Below, piece by piece: positions 61,610-64,000 of a stretch of 64,000 nt of DNA. Origin of the DNA: an uncultured SAR86 cluster bacterium (lineage in GTDB: Bacteria; Pseudomonadota; Gammaproteobacteria; Magnimaribacterales; D2472); contig CACJSU010000004.1 of NCBI GenBank assembly GCA_902596165.1, positions 35,864 through 99,863 on the forward strand, given 5' to 3'. Position numbers and translations under genes: made by a program. The notes beneath the pieces are model-generated. The model was not told the DNA's origin, made no database searches, and saw nothing but the letters and a program-made list of their open reading frames with translations. The first letter of the stretch is position 1, and each line of letters opens with the position of its first letter.

Positions 61610-62503
61610 ATGAAAAATAAATTCTTGCTCCTCTTACTAATGACGCCCTCGTTGTATGGGGCGACAAAACTTATTGTTCTTGGTTCAGGGACGCCCAATC
61701 CTGATCCTAATAGAGCTGGTTCAGGTTATGCGGTAGTTGTAAATGAAACTCCCTATTTAATTGATTTTGGACCTGGTATTATTCGCAGAGCCGCATCTAT
61801 GTCTCCGCCTTGGGGTGGAAAAATTGAAGCCATGACAGTTAAAAATTTTGAACATGCATTTTTAACTCATATCCATTCCGATCATTCTGCTGGCTTAGCT
61901 GATTTATTGCTTACTCCATGGATCATGGGAAGGGATAAAAAATTAAATCTATTCGGACCCAAAGGACTTGAGCAGATGGCGTCCTCTACCCTTGAAGCCT
62001 TTGAAGATGATATTAATTATAGGATCTACGGTACTCAACCATCTAATAAGATAGGCTATAAATTTAATTTTCATTTACTTACTGAAGGACTGATCTATGA
62101 AGATGAAAATGTTTCTGTCGAGGCATTTACAGTGCCGCATGGGAGCTTTGATGATGCGTATGGATTTCGATTTACCACTAAGGATAAGGTTATAGTATTC
62201 TCAGGTGATACAGGCCCATCTAAAACATTAGAAAAATTTGCTGCTGGTGCAGATATATTGGTTCATGAGGTTTACTCAAATGCAGGATTTCTAAAAAAAA
62301 CAAAAGACTGGCAGATATATCATCAAGGGCATCATACCTCCACGTTTGAAGTCGGAGAGATAGCCTCTAGAGCAAAACCAAAACTATTGCTTTTATCTCA
62401 TATACTATTCTGGGGCTCCACAACTGATGAGATTCTGAAAGAAACTCAATCAAAATACAAAGGTAAAATAAAGATTGCGGAAGATTTAATGATTATCGAA
62501 TGA
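61610..62503 (+). CDS. MBL-fold metallo-hydrolase (AtsA/RNase Z superfamily), probably exported
   Basis: LGSGTP, THIHSDH, FSGDT, LVHE, HT, SH; N-terminal signal-like MKNKFLLLLLMTPSLYG. Confidence 0.85.
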   Translation: MKNKFLLLLLMTPSLYGATKLIVLGSGTPNPDPNRAGSGYAVVVNETPYLIDFGPGIIRRAASMSPPWGGKIEAMTVKNFEHAFLTHIHSDHSAGLADLLLTPWIMGRDKKLNLFGPKGLEQMASSTLEAFEDDINYRIYGTQPSNKIGYKFNFHLLTEGLIYEDENVSVEAFTVPHGSFDDAYGFRFTTKDKVIVFSGDTGPSKTLEKFAAGADILVHEVYSNAGFLKKTKDWQIYHQGHHTSTFEVGEIASRAKPKLLLLSHILFWGSTTDEILKETQSKYKGKIKIAEDLMIIE

Positions 62504-62579
62504 TGGTGGAGCTACGCGGGATCGAACCGCGGACCCCCTGCTTGCAAAGCAGGTGCTCTCCCAGCTGAGCTATAGCCCC
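62504..62579 (-). tRNA. tRNA-Ala(TGC)
   Basis: Reverse complement GGGGCTATAGCTCAGCTGGGAGAGCACCTGCTTTGCAAGCAGGGGGTCCGCGGTTCGATCCCGCGTAGCTCCACCA; 76 nt, G3:U70 pair, encoded CCA. Confidence 0.98.
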
Positions 62580-62592
62580 ACACGAGGGAACA

Positions 62593-62620
62593 ATTGTACA
62601 AGATATCTTTTTCAGTGCAA
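62593..62620 (-). promoter_or_regulatory. Sigma70-type promoter for tRNA-Ala (TTGCAC-N16-TACAAT)
   Basis: Hexamers read on the minus strand, -10 ending 13 nt upstream of the tRNA. Confidence 0.6.
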
Positions 62621-62751
62621 CAAACTATCTCTATAAAAAGCTATGCTCTCGCAAGGGATTGATGATGCCCAAAACTTGAAATATATTAAAACTTAGGAGT
62701 AGTAATATCTTCAAACTTGGGAGTTTGGGGAAAGAAAATTACCATGTTTTC

Positions 62752-62886
62752 TCATCATCAATCCCCCTTGAGACCGGCTCCTCAAAGGAGGCTACCTTAA
62801 ACCCTGTGTTCGTCTTAGGGAACATGTGTGAAGGGTTCAGGGAGTAAAGCTACCACAACTTTGTAACGGTAGCCCCCATTGAGAAT
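62752..62886. ncRNA. Candidate structured non-coding RNA (family unresolved; 6S-like features); the distal hairpin may double as the TBDR terminator
   Basis: GC-enriched ORF-less segment with several stems; plus-strand promoter-like TTGGGA-N17-TACCAT at 62717-62745. Confidence 0.4.
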
Positions 62887-62890
62887 TTGA

Positions 62891-64000
62891 TTAAAACTTA
62901 TAACTGAAGCCTACTTTTATAGTCCTTGGTTTTTGTGATCTTGCTCCATCAGATGGCGCTCTTGAAATAATATCTGCATCATCAGAAACATTTTCAATAA
63001 TCGCATATACATCCATTGATTCATTAAGAGCTTTTCTTATATTTAGATCAATAATTGTATGAGCATTGATTTTATTGTAAGTGCCGCATGCTGCTATTGA
63101 ACATGAACTACCTACATCAATTAATCTCATGTTTCCACTGAGGCCATTATCAGTTACAAATCCTGCAACTAATGACATTGACGAACTAGGAACATATGGC
63201 AAGTCATCGCCTGCAGCAACTACACCAAAGTAGTCGCTCTCGGAACTATTCTTAAAAGTAGCATCTGTTGATGTGTATGCTAAAGCAATAGGGTAACTGA
63301 CTCCATCGCCTTGTAATATCCATGAGCCACTAAATTCAATTCCTTCAACATCTGCAGCACCGCCGCTGAACACAGCAGATTCGTCAGCGTTACAAGCTGC
63401 ACCACTTACAAGAGTACACTCAGCTGCAAGGTTTGAATATTCACTAGAAAAATAGAAGACTTCTATATCAGTTGTACCTTCAGAATATCTAATACCAAGT
63501 TCAGTATTATCTGCTTCCTCTGGATCTGCTCCAAACATAGGAGTCATGCCCTCATGAAAGCCTGCAACCAAAGTAACGTTATCACTCAGGTCATATGTGG
63601 CACCAATGCTTGAAGTTGTATGATCATTTGTAGCAAAGGTATCTCTATTGTCAGCTTCACCTGTTCTAACCAATGTTAAGTTTGGTCCTGCGCGATCTGA
63701 CCATCTTCTGTGACGTTGATCGTAATCCTCAGATCTGTAACCTAGGGTTACATCTAGCTTGCCAAAATCCATAGTATCTTGAAGGTAATATGAAGTTGCG
63801 CTAGATTCTCTTAATCTGTTATTACTATTATTTAAGCCAATATAACCATACAAAGCAGACAAAGAACCATCTGCAGCTTGATCTGCGTATTCGTGAGCCT
63901 GAACTCTACTCTCTGAATCTTCCATATCTCTGTAACCAAGAGTTAAGTTATGAATGCCTAATGAAGTATTTATAGTAAATTGATAGCCTTCATTCGTGTA
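62891..64000 (-). CDS. TonB-dependent receptor, FecA-like (5'-truncated by window edge)
   Basis: Frame open to base 64000; amphipathic beta-strands, NTELGIRY, IENVSD, terminal PRTIKVGFSYKF with C-terminal Phe. Confidence 0.9.
   Translation of the reverse strand, partial: YTNEGYQFTINTSLGIHNLTLGYRDMEDSESRVQAHEYADQAADGSLSALYGYIGLNNSNNRLRESSATSYYLQDTMDFGKLDVTLGYRSEDYDQRHRRWSDRAGPNLTLVRTGEADNRDTFATNDHTTSSIGATYDLSDNVTLVAGFHEGMTPMFGADPEEADNTELGIRYSEGTTDIEVFYFSSEYSNLAAECTLVSGAACNADESAVFSGGAADVEGIEFSGSWILQGDGVSYPIALAYTSTDATFKNSSESDYFGVVAAGDDLPYVPSSSMSLVAGFVTDNGLSGNMRLIDVGSSCSIAACGTYNKINAHTIIDLNIRKALNESMDVYAIIENVSDDADIISRAPSDGARSQKPRTIKVGFSYKF

Noticed and set aside
61610-62503. RNase Z (rnz) call suggested by the fold and the adjacent tRNA
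   Set aside because: N-terminal signal-like peptide implies export, which fits a sulfatase/phosphodiesterase-like MBL hydrolase better
62752-62886. Cobalamin riboswitch, tmRNA or SRP RNA identity for the structured element
   Set aside because: It lies at the 3' end of the TonB receptor gene rather than in a leader; B12-box, tmRNA tag/acceptor ends and the SRP GGAA/AGCAG motifs are not convincingly present

Overview
AT-rich, densely packed bacterial chromosome segment with many gene overlaps and very short spacers. Gene content suggests a streamlined marine gammaproteobacterium, SAR86-like (inference only). Housekeeping genes dominate 1-30 kb: accC, leuS-lptE-holA, the rsfS-rlmH-mrdA-rodA-mltB-dacA-dat cell-wall cluster, mpl, pfp, argD, parE-parC, tolC-mutM, coaD and katG/oxyR. 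An 8.4-kb, visibly more AT-rich cassette (30.1-38.5 kb) combines a GDP-heptose pathway (GmhA, HddA, fused HddC-GmhB) with a polyprenyl-phosphate relay (GtrB-like GT2, flippase-like protein, GT-C). After it come a glycoside-utilisation cluster (GPH transporter, Gfo/Idh/MocA-AKR fusion, GH3), orphan cobS-cobT, and a di-iron protein / beta-helix / diheme cytochrome c operon. That operon is preceded by a 19-bp palindrome that recurs (17/19) at the tolC promoter. The window ends with an M1 peptidase, type II pantothenate kinase, aroK, tRNA-Ala(TGC), a candidate structured ncRNA and the 3' part of a TonB-dependent receptor. No CRISPR array, rRNA, transposase or integrase was seen. All family calls come from motif recognition by eye; no database searches were run.
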